Assembly (NCBI GenBank): GCA_973895155.1 | Contig: OZ316898.1 | Coordinates: 19,789,292-19,853,291 of the forward strand | DNA length: 64,000 nucleotides | Direction: 5' to 3' | From: Marsupella aquatica | Lineage: Eukaryota; Plantae; Marchantiophyta | Shown: positions 48,002 to 62,000 of the stretch, in pieces | Position numbering within the stretch: the first letter of the stretch is position 1 | Layout of the letters: each line of letters begins with the position of its first letter | Program-made: the position numbers and the translations under genes | Notes under the pieces: model-generated | The model's input: the letters and a program-made list of their open reading frames with translations, nothing else | Databases searched by the model: none | What the model was told of the DNA's origin: nothing

Positions 48002-51000
48002 CCACTATTTGACGGGCTGCTTAGCTAGTTTGCATCCTTCGCCAACATGCAGCCGCATCTGGAATTCTGGTCCACCCAGCCGGGGAGAGTCTCCAGCCTT
48101 CCAGTAATTACTGATCCGATTAGATCATTTTTTCGATACAGGCTCCACAATGGAACCCTGATCGTCTACATATCCAAGTTTAGTGAAACCTGTCATACAA
48201 TTGGACCACATGAATATCTGGGATGCCCCAGTTGTGAGTCGTTGGTCTAGCCTTCAATTGTCAGGGGTGTACAAATCATTCTTTATAACGTGCCTCATCA
48301 AGGTTCAAGTAAATTCATCCATTTAGGTCTATGTACATTTTTGCCGTGGATAATTGTGCCACACGGTGCGATGGCCATAGTCCCCTTCATGGACAGATAT
48401 TCTGCGACCCAGATTTTCGACAATTGGCATGCTGGCAAGGTGGTCCTGGTCCTTAATGATGCACCAAGTGGTTGAATGGTAATTTCCGTTCTGCAAAAAA
48501 CTTTTGTTCAAGTCTCTCCGTTGGAAGGCTCGAGATTCATTTGTTTCACAGAAAGTGCTTACGCTTTAGCAAGGTATTGGACTACTATCTACACCTGAGT
48601 TCACTTAGTGTCGGCCGTCAGTGACACCCTGGTTCGACCTCTGTTGTATTATATATCACAGGCAGAAAACGCCTAACCGGGAGACATGATCCTAAAGGCA
48701 AAGCAACCCAATGAAGGGGAGGAAAAGAGGGGAAAGGGCCTATCAAATTCAATCAAATAGGTGATGAGCAGCACGGTGCGAAGAAACACCACAAGTACTT
48801 TTTTGAGCAAAGGAAATTGATTTCAAAGGGGGCATGATCGAGCTAGGGGTCGGACCGGACACCACTCTGTTGTTCCGTAGTGGAGAACTGGCTGGCAATT
48901 CTTAGTCACTCTCAGAAAGAACGTGCGCTTTAACCTATGTACGACAATGGTAGCATAGAATACATGAAGAATCGAAGAATCTGACTGTTCGCCCTTTTAC
49001 TCATCACCCAGTAGCGGTACGATGCATGACCACGAGTAAAGTTGATCAGCAAAGTTATCGGTGTATCGCAGAATGCGTGCATATCATGAGTAGTTCCCAC
49101 TGGCTTTTGATTCAAGGATAATGTACAGAGTGTGAAGACTTCGAGGCTGATTGCAAATACCACCTGTCTAGCTACACAACTAGATGAACATGATGCTTCT
49201 CGTTTCTCTTGCTGCCCGCCACTTCCCAACGGAATCTATGTAGTAAGTATCTAATCTAATTAACCAATAAAGCGCAATCAAAAGCTACTCCGGGGGCCTA
49301 CAGTCTAGAGCGAAGCCTCTAATTCAAGTCATAAGAGAAAGTGAAGATGCAAACCATAAAAACGGGGAGGGGGGCGGGGGCAAAGATGAATGAAATCTTT
49401 TGTTGAATCGCAAGTTCATTTTTCTCCCTATCGCTATTACTCATCTCTATTATGGTTCAAAGAACGAGTACTCAGGCTACTGCCTGCCAGTTGTCTATCG
49501 ATACAAATGTGCCTGTCCCTTTTCTGTGGTGTCAGCATGGAGAGACTAGAACACCATCCCGTTTTTAGTGGAGATAGTTCGCCAAATTCCCCGGACTGAA
49601 ATTGGTTGGTTTTCTTCCATTAGCCAGTTTCCACCTGGTCACAATCCTAGGGGTATTTCTAATTCTAAAGATATTGAAGTGACGTCAGAAGTAAATCTAG
49701 TAAACTTAGACAAAGAATATCCTCAGTTTCTTCTCATTCACACAATTCAAGGTTCCCGTGCTTTCCTTCCTCTCGGACGTCTCTGGCTGAACGAGGCAAC
49801 AGCGATCTACCCTCGAGGCAGAGGACAAGATACAGTCGTGCTACTGACAGGCCTTCAAAGACGGTACAGTTGCATCACAGGGAAGGCAAGACTGAAGACC
49901 ACACGGTCTTATCGAACACTTTGTAAACCGCCACACACTGGCTGCCCACAGTGAGCTGTGGAAATATTTGATACGTCGGTCAATTGATACGGTCATGGTG
50001 GTGGATTGCTCTGAGTGCTGGGGAAGAAATCAGTCGAACTGCGTCCAGCTGTATGGGTTGCGCTGAATAATAATCCTTGGGCCCACATTCAGCTTGCCCA
50101 CACAATCGCGGCTTTAGGAAGATCTCGTCTTACTCTGTCAACGCCAATTGAAACTATGTCAATGAAATCCCCAATCAGGTGGAGCAATCAGGTAGCGTCC
50201 ACCCATACGCCCCGGGTCCTAAGGGTGCAGTAAAGTCTATCCTAAAGTCAGTATAGTCCGATGTTGCGAACTCGCCTTGAAGGAATAAAAGTCGGGAAAC
50301 GCCCTTTACTGATCGAGAGGGTGTCCAGTTAGCCTGACGGAACGATCATACAACTCCTGTAGCTAATTAACTAGCACTCACGCTGTCTAAAGATCGGACG
50401 AGGACTACTTGACAGAAAAATCAATAGTCTTGCAGCGCTATCCTGTCGCCTATATCACCAAGCGGTGCTTAATATGCTTTAAAAATTGTCAGAACCATAT
50501 GAGTGAGTCGATTGGAGAGGTCTGACATGAAGTCTGCGGAGAGAGAAGATCAGAAGGCAGTGTTTTATACAGCAAGGATGAACAGAGTACCACAAAAAAG
50601 CTCAAAAACGATGAAAGTCGACCAATGTAAACCCGGGAAAAAGTCGTATGAACGACCGACACCAACCCAAGACCTACAAGGAAAAGAAATTATGCTAAAT
50701 TAAAGTACTAATTGCTTAGCAGTAGAGGGATCAGTAGCTATGGCGAAAGAGCCCGTGAACCGATAAACGCATGTATCGATCAACGCACAGTGAGTAGGAC
50801 GGGAGGAATTCGCATACCTGATTTGTATTCAAGATTTCAAGTAGTTTTTCTGTTCAATGAATGTGTGGATGCATAATTATACTCAACACAAGAATATGAA
50901 AAAACCCAGCGATCACGTCGTCTTCTCGAAGCAAAAGATAATGTGGTAGAAAGCACTATTCTCTCCACATTGAAGAGATGCCCTCCGGCCGACCTATTGA

Positions 51001-51853
51001 CCACACATTGTCCATCTTGAGTACGTATATATATCAACTTCAATGGGAGTACTCGACCTTCACGTCTCCATTATCGCATCTATTCTAGAACGTTCAATTA
51101 AATTTCTTTGGAGAGACTTCCATACTAGGTGCCTAAGTAATCCCTTTACATAGAGTTCAGAAAGGTGAATTAATCTTGAACCAATTCATCATTCTCAGTC
51201 TCGGACAACAGATCAGTCATCTTTACCTTCAGATCTGATCCACGGCAAATAGACCAGACAGCTGCACCACATTATTGTGCCACACAGACCACAGAATGGG
51301 GAACGGCCCATCTGCGGTCCCGTCTACTGAAGTAGATAATGGACCAGACCGTCTTCACCACTCAAACTCAATCTTCTCATCGGCCACTTTTCTCAGACAT
51401 CTGCTAGAGCTTGACCAATCCGATCTACCCTCTCTACAGTTCTGATACTGGGAATGAAAGATGTTGGGCTGAAGGGCGAGTTGATCAGCTCACCTGTCAC
51501 CCGAACCAAGCAAGCCCCATGAGAAAGACGGCATTTCGGAAGAACCACATCATGGATCACAATTCAGTACCAAACCAACCTCACGAAAGAGACTCCATTG
51601 ATTTCTGACAAAGATGGGTCACTAACGAAGCCTGCAGCATGAATTCCATGCCGCAACAGACAGGATGATATAAATGACAGCATCCATTTCATAAAGTCGA
51701 CACCCAGGTGAGAGCTGAGAATCGAAATCCCAGAATAATCTGTTGACCGCTTTACCAATCAAAGTGGTCGAGAGATAGCTTAGAACTGGGTCCGGACGAG
51801 GAGCCGCATTTGGTTATCAAAATCATTTGGTTATCAAAATCATTTCGGAGACG

Positions 51854-51979
51854 AAGGACATTATTTAAAAGCTACTGCAGGTACATGCGAAGAAATGATG
51901 AAAAGAGCTCCATGTGCTAGAGAGTTGGGTGTACCAATCGTTATGCATGATTACCTTACAGGTAGGTGGTTTCACTGCT
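51854..51979 (+). pseudogene. rbcL: Nuclear plastid DNA fragment (NUPT) of rbcL
   Basis: Translates [37 protein letters not shown], then a 4-bp duplication (aggt), then GFTA. Matches Rbc[39 protein letters not shown]. Confidence 0.92.
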
Positions 51980-54309
51980 TTAGCCAAGACCTATCCTTCT
52001 GGTGCTCGTGGGCAGATATCGTCAAGCCATTTCTAGCCTTGATTTATTCCTTATTAAGAGCCTTACATAGAGAGGTATAACGAAGAACAAGAAAGAGAGA
52101 TCGAGGGGAATGATCGATGTTTCAAAGAGCCATATCAATTAACATCAACCTCCACGCCCATGTAATAATCTTCGTTCACATGCAATCAAACTCTCTAGAA
52201 TATGCAATGTCACCAAAAGTCATTCACTGCTCTTTACAAATTTTGATTTATGGGCCGTCAGATGATGGGCCCATTTTTTCTTCACGGTTGGATCTCCCAG
52301 AGACCCAACCTACAACCTGCCCCATTGCCTTCCCCCCCCCCCCCCCAACACCTGCCCACCCTCGTTGCCGCCTGGCCAGCCCTTGCCCTACTAACACCTC
52401 CTTGAGCACGGAGGGGGAGGAGAGAGAACAACATGGGACCGCCCTGGATCCCGAACGCCCATCTCGTGCCTCATCCCGTCCTCACCCTGCCAAACAACAT
52501 CACTTTTGTAACAATGTCTTCCGAACTGACAACATTATTTTTGTAACAATGTCGACCAAACTGACAACATTTACGCACCAACATTATTGCACAAACGACA
52601 CAGCCAAAACAGCAACACTGTCTTCCTTGCCTCAACTATACTTTGTCAAATGTCTCGCCTTGACATTTTTGTGCAACGCACCGGCATGGCCTCACCAATG
52701 GTTGCAGCAACTGCTTTGCCTCAAATGACCATTTGGTTACAGCAACAATAGTGCAATGCACCCAATGCCCCATAAAAAGGACACTTTCTTAAACAATTGA
52801 GTGGACTGGAGTATATGGAAAATCCAAACCCCATTTCAGTATAATGGTTTCAAGGAATAATTTAATTTGCTTCTGGATTATCTTTGGTTCCATCTCCAAG
52901 ATGATGAAACTCTATTAAGTATGGTACCCATTGTATAGTCACTGTCTTATTGACGGTATTATCACAATGTGTGATGATTAAGCAACCTTCCCATGCACCC
53001 CTTTGTTTGATAGTACTAGGAAGAATGGGTTACACACTTAATATATAATATCAAAGTTTACTTGTTATATGGAGTAGCAATGTAATTATGATGGCAGAGT
53101 TGCAAAGGTGAAAATATAAATGTGTGCTCCCTGGTTCAATGATCCGTGTGGTACAAGCTCTAGGTCTAGCTGCCTTGTGTGTTTGTTTAACCTTTTAGCC
53201 TATATACCTTCATGTGACTCCGCCATTATGGGTGTAGACTCTCAGGTGTGGTTACTAACCCAGTAACTATGATAGTTCTTGTCATCAAACAGTCTAAATG
53301 GTTCAGTTTGGTTCCAGTCCTACAAGTAAGTACATGCAAAATATATATATCATAATGCCAAAAAACATAGGCAAGAGACCAATTATAAAGGGGCAAACAC
53401 AAACAAAAACCCAAAAAGACCAAAAAGCTAGAGATATCAAGCATTTACTCTTGGGTCTAGAGTTACTCTGTAACTGCAACTAGTCTAATAAGCATGATAA
53501 GTCTGACTAGGAGCAAACTGATAAGCATGCCCAATTATCTCAGGGTTTAGCATTGCACAAGTAACAGAATTTGTTTGGATTGATTTAAGTTGATATCTTT
53601 CTAAAAGATTAAAAAAAAACCTGTATGCAGCTCTCTTAAGATAGTTTTGGACAAATCTGCTCATGGGTCTGCCCCTGCCTTTATATATTTGCTCATATGC
53701 CACTTGTCCTGCCATGGCGCAAAGGCACCATTCCTTTGCTTTGCAAACATCATAAGAAATCTACTGCCCCATATTCTTCTCAGTATTCTTCATATGTCAA
53801 TACTTGTCCAAGTTTGCCAGGGTTTTCCCACAAATTGCAAATGGCTGATGAAGCCAAAAAAACATTCATTTCCCATTCATGGTGCCTACACCATTTTAAT
53901 GCCCCACCCTGGTTTCCACACTGCCCAAGGCCCCACCATTCAACTGCCCTCACCTCACTCCACTTGAATTATCCAAACCTCCTTCCTAAATAAACTCCTA
54001 TTTTCAAGCTTGGTATTATTTGCTTAGGCATTAGAGAATGGATTCTTTCTCCAGGAGAGTAGGGTCAAGGGGGTGGGTTTCATGACCACAGTTGTTCCAT
54101 GATGATGTGAGAGACACTATTCCTGAGGTCCTCTCTAGGACTTTGATACATGTGAGGGAGAAGGTGGTGCTTGATACCCCACCACAAAGGTTGCACTTTG
54201 ATGTGACCTGGTATAAGATGGCAGACATAACTTGGCTAACCAAGTAGCTAACTACTAAGTTGCTAACTACTAAGTCTGAAAGGAGGATTGACATGCCCTG
54301 AGTATCACA

Positions 54310-54514
54310 GGGGCAATGATAGGGTGGACAATGGGTTTGCCAGTTCGAGTGATAGCATAATTGAAGAGCCCCAGTAGAATTTGTAGGGAAAGAGGTTTGC
54401 TGAATGGGGCAGGGGAATGATAGGGTGGACAATGGGTTTGCCAGTTGGAGTGATAACCTAATTGAAGAGCCCCAGTAGAATTTGTAGGGAAAGAGGTCTG
54501 TTGAATGGGGCAGC
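54310..54514. repeat. ~101-bp tandem duplication
   Basis: aatgatagggtggacaatggg...tgaatggggcag at 54315 and 54416. Confidence 0.88.
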
Positions 54515-55235
54515 GGGGTCGGCGAGGAAGGGGCTGTTTTGGGCAGTATGGAAACTGAGGTTTACACACAAGGGGACTGCAGGCAGTAAAAGGGCAGTAG
54601 TGGCAGGGAAAGACTGCATAAATGGCATACTAAAAAAATTAGTGGATTGGTCAGCTGCCCATGATTTGCGGTGGACCCCTGACTGGAGGAAACCTGTGAC
54701 ACATAGAATATAGCCTGGGTGGAGGGGGGTTGCATATGAGCAAACAATACAGAAACATTAGCAGATTTATTCGTCGAAAAGAAATCAGGCAATAGGCATG
54801 TGGGCATTTTATCGATCTTTCCAATCATCTAAGACCACAGTTGTTCCAATAATGCAGAAAAAGGTTGGTAATTCTTTGGGATCCAGGCCCCACTGGTGTC
54901 CCCACTTAGTTGCTGCCCACCATCCCCCTTGGACGTGTCCCCTTGTGTACCTCCATGGGGGTACCCCACTTGCTGTCTTATTGGTTATAAAGGCCTCTTC
55001 CAAAACAAAAACAAAAACAAAAACAAAAACAAAAGCAAAGGCTGGCAAAGTGAACGAGTAAAGTAGGGAACGTACCCGACCCGCTGTCTCATTTGATGTA
55101 AGGTCTCAAAACGAAAACAAAAGGCTCGCACAGCAAATCAATGAGCGAATAGAGCACTGATTCTAAACAAAACCAAAAGGCTGATACAGTGAACGAATAA
55201 AGTAGAAACTTGTGGTACGACGAGCTCACATTAGA

Positions 55236-55916
55236 AAGTGGGACTCTTGGTTTCTTACTGAAGGTCACCCACAAAGGTACACTGCTACCCGTTGCCTGTA
55301 GCAGCTCGGAAATAACGATTTCATTATTCGATTGTAATACATATACAAATTGCTTCACAATGAATCAAGGATGTCAACTTCAAGCCGGATGTGAAGCCTG
55401 CAGGGCTTTGCCAAAATGCACTTTAATGCAACTACAAGCCCTGAGCGTGAAGATTGGAAAGACTACTGTCACATTATTTGACAGTCCTCACCAATTACAG
55501 AGAATATTAGACTACGCATCTACAAGAAAAGAAGCTAATGTTACAAATGTTTTCATTTCCCTGACCAAATAGGCACATCACGAAGTGGAGTCTTGGTTTC
55601 TTCCTACACCTCACCCACAACGGTACACTACTACTCGTTGCCTCTAGCACCTTGGAAATAATGATTCCATTATTTCTATTGTAATACATATACAAAATAC
55701 TTCAGGATGCATCAAGGACGTCAACTTCAAGCCGGATGTAAAGGCTTTGCCAGCATCCAATTTTTTACAATTAGCAGCCATGAGAATGACGAATGGAAAG
55801 ACTACTGTTACAATATTTGACAATCCCCACCAATTCCAGAGAATATTAAACTACGCATCTACAAGAAAAGAACCTAGTGTTACAAATGTGTTAGTTTTGC
55901 TGACCAAATAGGCACC
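55236..55916. repeat. Diverged ~340-bp tandem duplication downstream of the CRSH gene
   Basis: aagtgg..tcttggtttctt...ctgaccaaataggcac at ~55237-55576 and ~55583-55916. Confidence 0.85.
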
Positions 55917-56020
55917 AAGCACCCAGGATACCCACTGCGGCTTCGCTAGGATGTCGGACAAATGTGATGCGAGATTTCTACTCAGTAACCTCCTTCCAGT
56001 AATATACAGACCAATTGCAG

Positions 56021-59000
56021 TCATCTATCCGAAGAAACGGTTGTAGCAAGAGTGTATATGTCTTCGTGTTGCCTCTCCAACTTGCCAACACTGGAATCTT
56101 TTGTTCTCGACGAATCATCTTCCGTGTTTCGCTTCCGGGATTTCCTCACCCGAGGTCGACTAGCTGCTTTTGATTTTGGGATTGCACTACTAGCTTGAAG
56201 GTCTCTCTTCCGCGACTTGAATATCCGCCTTTTGACGAAGCTTTTTTGTTTATCCAAACTTTCAGCATGCTTATATAGTTCTAATGATCTCTCAGAATTC
56301 CCAGACATATCCTCAACGAGGGCCAATTCCTGTATGCACACAATATAACTCGTCATAAGATGATATCTATCATTTTCATCTCTGGTGAACCAGACTGTTA
56401 AACTAGAATGCCAGAGCGAGACAATATTGAAAACAATCATCGCCAACACACCATGAGAGCTGGTGCATTGTTTGCCTCCACAGCTAGCGCCTTTTGCAAC
56501 AACTTACGAGCTTTCTCCAGATTCCCACATTTTCGTTCCATGTGGGCCAAGGCCTGAATGGAAGGTGATAAAAGTGAGGATTAGTGTCGGATATGTGATT
56601 GCAACTTTAGAGCAAGATTCCGAATATCAATTACTTCACTTAGTGGTCGGGGACCAGAGCACGTCAGAATCGATCATTTTGTAACTGATTCCATCAGATA
56701 GCAAGTTGAAACATCTCCAGCTATAAAAGACAATAGGGAATACCTGTAGACAAGGGACACTATCCTCATTTGTATCTAAGCCTCGTTTGAAGAGCAACCG
56801 GGCTCCGTCACAATTGTCACTTTCCTCTTCTAATATCGCCCAGGCCTGCAAACATTTAAAAGGGTCATTCGACAGAAACAAGTTTCTACGGAAACCCGCC
56901 GCAGTTTCCACTAACACCAGAAGTGTACTCATCACAACAGTACCTACATATAACGGCTGGAAGTCGATCTTACTGTTTTGAGTGCATTGTAAAGAATTCC
57001 CCGCTTCCAAATATTGAGGCGACACAAGTGTGTACCCTATCTTGATGAGATATTGTATGTTTTCTTCTATATTAGAAATAAAAAACATGTCTGTCTTATA
57101 TCCATGGAACATAGCGTGTATCCAGTAGCCTAAACACGAATAAGATGAGTCAACATCAACACCGATCATTTTGACGGAGACATGACCCTAGCCCACCAGC
57201 TAATCCCAATTGCTAAGTATAAAGATGTGCCACAAACCTGCCAGCTGTGCACATTGTTTGGATCAATATCTACACATTGTCGATAAAGTTTACGAGCTTG
57301 GGCTCGTGACTCCACAGTTCCAATAAGTCCTTCATGATGTGCCCAAGACTGCAATAAACCCAACGCTGACGTTATGGCAACTCTCACCCTATGAAATCCC
57401 ACCTCAACAATTGCCTATAGCTTCAGCTCTCACTATGTCCCTACAGAAACACGACAGAAACGTTTCCCGGCCGAACCTTAAGTAAAAATACTGAAATTGT
57501 ATTGAACAGGTAAGTTCGAGTGGACTCCCACAGATCTGGTATAAGATTCAAGGGGTGTGACCTTCTGAGGAATCGACAACAACAATCGTTTGACTTAAAT
57601 GACATGCCAACGGGTGCATCCCTGTTGTGGTCATATAAGCCCGTCCTTGTAACAAAGGCATAAGGTGGGACTTGTCCACGATACATATCGGGGGAAAGCC
57701 TTTAATGACACTTTTTGGATGATCCATTTCGGGTTTCAGGCAGCAATCAGCATGGCCGAAAATCTAACGACCTCTTCTAGATCATCATCTCTACTCCAAC
57801 ACACAGTTTCCTGGTCGACACCTGGTGCTTTTTCACTTGCCCAATGGTCAAGACTTCATGTTACTCTTACACCATTCAACAACATCCATGACAAGGATTC
57901 GAGCAAGGTCACAAATTTCTACAACAAGAAAACAACTGCATTGTTTTCTTCACTGCGTCAAGAAAACATTAACAGACCTGTAAGGAGTGCAAATTTTTCG
58001 GGTCGACTTCAAGAGCACGTTGAAACAGGTTTCGCATTTTGAGGATATTTCCTCGAGTTGCCTCAAACTTTGCCCATGCCTGTCAGCATGATTACAAGGT
58101 GAGACACATGAAAAAGGATCTTCCTCATACTCTAGCGCATGCCTTCATCCAAAGTGAGCAGTATCCTTTGGTTGTTATACACCACTATTCAAAGGCAAAT
58201 CGCAGAAAGATACAAAAGAAAATCAGTACAAGAGCCCTGACCTAGTGACTTACATTCCAGCATATTACATCGTTAGGAGCTGCTTTAATTGCACGCGTAA
58301 AATGGATTCGTGCTCCAGAATAATTATGTGCCCGGGCCTCAAGAGAGGCTCGTGACTGATGCACGACAGCATTTCCAGGCTGAAGGTCAGCGGCACGCTC
58401 AAGCAGGTTTCTGGCCTTAGCCCAGTTTCCACTTTTCAACTCCAACATTGCCCATCCATGCAGTCCATATACTCCAGCACCACGAAGACTACCTTCCACA
58501 TCTCCCTGCAAAATGATCGATCAAGTCAAGCCCTAGATATGATCATCTTCACGAACAGCTCGTCGTGGGAAAAGGGTTGGTTGCTGCATTATGTGTGGTA
58601 CCATAACTATAAATAGGATATGTTGGTTCACATCTGTACCATAACTATAAATAGGATATGTTGGTTCACATCTGTCCAAGTCCGTAAAGAAACAAAAGAA
58701 TTTATGTTCGTTGAACACGGCCTTGCTAAATTCCAAGTACGAAAGCAGATTGAAAAACCTCCTTCCGATTTCTACACATTACTCCACAGGAAAATACGAG
58801 CTAGGTTTAATCCCCTGACTAATTGAGCAACGAGACAACGGCCAGAATCTTAATCGTGGAGAGTGATACGATCGTACCTTTTCACTGACAGCAACACACT
58901 GTGCAAACAAGCGCCTAGCTTTTGGCACATCGCCAGCTTGTACTTCTAGAGACGCCCAAGCTTGAAGGGCCCTTACATATTCAGCACCGAGATCTTTCTT

Positions 59001-62000
59001 GAATTGAAATAAGTCAATGGCTTGGGCGTACAAAGTCCTGGCTGACTGCAGATTACCTGTTGGGAGGTCGACAGAACACATTCAGGAAAACTGAAACCGA
59101 AACCAGTCCTTCTCAGTAATATCACTTTGTAAATAGCAAACCATATAGCCTATTGCAGATATTCTAACGAGTACAGAAGACGAAAGGAATATTCAGGACG
59201 AACGGACTAACCACATTTTCGCTCCAAACTTGCATGATGTAGCAAAGCTTTGGTACTGGACGGGTGCTGCTTAGACAACTGCCACGAACCGAAGTCCATT
59301 AAGTGATTAGCTAATAGAAAGCCATACGCCATCCCGATATATCTTCTAGATTCGTTCTAGCTTTAGCGATGTGAACAACCGACTTTGCAATGTTGAGATT
59401 GCAAAGTCATCATGCTTCCGTTTCTTACCAATAGCAGATGACAGCCCAGGATTAGCTCAATTTCGGATAGTTTCTGTAATTAGATTGACAAGCCATGCAA
59501 CTTGAAGTCGCCATATTGACCCTACACTGCTGTCACGGTTCTGAGCATTGCATTCCATGAAGAACGAATTACCAAACAATACTGAAATTCGACATAACGC
59601 TCAGAGCTTAAAACAAGCAATTCATTCATCTCATGGCCCTTTGGAGAACGAGAATCGCGCATCACATAGAACCGAAAGCAACAAGCGGCGAGGACAGACC
59701 TGTGCTGCTAACCCACAGGCAACTTTTAAATTACCAGCAGCTACTTGTTGTCGAACAAGCGAGAGTTCATGCTCCATAGCAACCTCATTTGAGATGTCCT
59801 CGCTCTCAGAGGCATCATCCTTCACTTCTTCGAGTACAGCAGTCTTCACAGTGGTGGGCCATTTAGATATGTCATCCTCCAACTTTGCCTCCAGCCCTGG
59901 ATGATCTAGAAACCTCGAACTGGACGATACTTTTCCAACAGGCTTCACTGCATTGGTATGTGGCTTTCCTGTCAGAGGGATAAAGTTGTCACTACCGTTC
60001 AATTTGCTGGAGGCACGAACCTTTTCTGCTTTCCTCGTCTTCCCTCTATCGTCCTGTACAGATAAATTGCTCTGTCGTCTTTCTGATGTGTCCACATCCG
60101 AAGAAGTCTTAAAAGAGCGAATACTTCCCTGATCGTAAACCTTTTCAGGCAGTGAATTAACGGCAGGTGAACTCGAAGACTGACTAGAAAGTATTCCTGT
60201 AGATGCTGAAGATCCTAGTCTGTCCTCCACCTTGTGAGAAATGAGCCCTGCTATATTTTCCGATTCTTTGCCAGAGACAAGAGAGGGCCTTCCTCTAGGA
60301 GGTTTACTACTTCCTTGAAGCTTCCATCCTAATTGTGAACAATAGTCCCTGTCAACACCTGCCAGGTTTTGACAGATTTGAATCTGCAAGAATGCCAAAC
60401 CTTGACAAATTCAGTGTCATTCCACGAAGAATGTGTCACAGCTACCGCAAAGAAGTATCCGGTAGGAGAGAAAAATACCTGATGGCGAAACTTGCTAAAT
60501 TCCTCAGAAGAAACAGATCCATCAGTATTCAAGTCCACAATCTGCATCAGTTCCAAGGCGTCTCCCTCGTCTGCCCCAAGCTCCGCGATAACCTCCCTAA
60601 ACTCCTCGACACTAATAACTCCATCCTGATTTTTATCGAACATCTTGAACATCTCATCCTTATCATCGTATGAATAGTCTCCACCTTCCAAACCCACTGC
60701 AGTCCCAGCTATTTCTCCAAATCGTGAAGCCGCGGCATTAGCAGCGGCCACCATTATCAGTTTTAAATTTCTAATCTGGACAATATGGAAACGAGATATG
60801 TCATTCCGACCGTGAAAGAGATAATACATTGCATAGGAGTAAAGAGTGGCTGATTTGAAGTACGGACTCTATGCTGTGATAATTCGAACCAGTCTTTACC
60901 TTACACCAGACTCAAATGCAATTTCCTTGTAGTAGCCCTCACAATTATGAAACAAGAGAGAACGTGCCGGCTAGGCATCTACAATCGCGCTGAGATTATT
61001 AACTCTAAAAACGAAAGACGAATTGAATATTGAATGTAGCACTCCTCATGCTTGAATCTGGAAGCGGCAACGCTGGAACTCAGTCCGGGTCTCAGAAGAT
61101 ATCACTTGACAGGTATCGGATAAATAAGGACCAAACCTGCTCGGGATCAGTCATCCCTCCTTTATACGAAGAATGCGATGCTTCTCCTGACACAGCAGCA
61201 GCATCCATTTCCACTGTGCGGATCTGAATTTCCATGGGGGGGCGATCTTTGTTTTCGTCACTCAGACATACAGCAAGGTGAAGGCTTTCATAACCATTCT
61301 CCTTTCGATTGGCAATGTAGTCCTTCAACCTTCCCGGTACTTCCTGCCACATCCCTGTGGCAATTTCCATTGCTCTGTAACAGGCTCTTATTCCGAGTTC
61401 TCTTTGCTTAGAAGTATCACTATCAGCTTTTGGATCGAGAATTACCCTTAGCCCCAAAACATCATAGACCTCCTCAGGTTTCCTCCCATCCTTGAGAAGC
61501 TTTCGCATTGTGCTGAATCGGCTCTTGTATCGACCTAACACAATCACAGAGGATACTAGGTTTTGAAGTTCAGCATCCTCTTCTAATCTCGCAGCTAGCT
61601 GTTCCTTCAACCCGTCAACCACACCACTTCCATCGTCCCAATGACTCCTCAGCCAAGTCTCAATATAGCTGTATGAATCGGGGAACAAGACCCTGAAACC
61701 GAGGTCCTCTAATTCCAACGCCATAGAACTTGTTCCAATGGCATGCGCCAGAGGTGCATAAATTTGCATTGTTTCTAAGGCCAAGATTTGCTGTCGATAT
61801 CTTGGAATGGAGTGGATATGCTGCATGACGTCCAATTGGCTGGCCAGCTCCACAACTACAGCACGGATGTCATGAAAAGCTAGGCAAAACTGTCTCAAGG
61901 CTGCGGCACTATCATCGTCGAGGGTTTCCACCCGGGATGGAATATGCCTCACTCGGGCACAGTCATGCACAAGACGAGCTATATTCCCACCAAGGCTTTG

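Noticed and set aside
50740-50810. Possible group II intron domain V-like sequence
   Set aside because: The resemblance is too weak to support without a covariance-model search
51895-52080. 61-aa ORF as a functional Rubisco-related gene
   Set aside because: Only ~23 codons of this ORF match rbcL before a frameshift; it is a fragment
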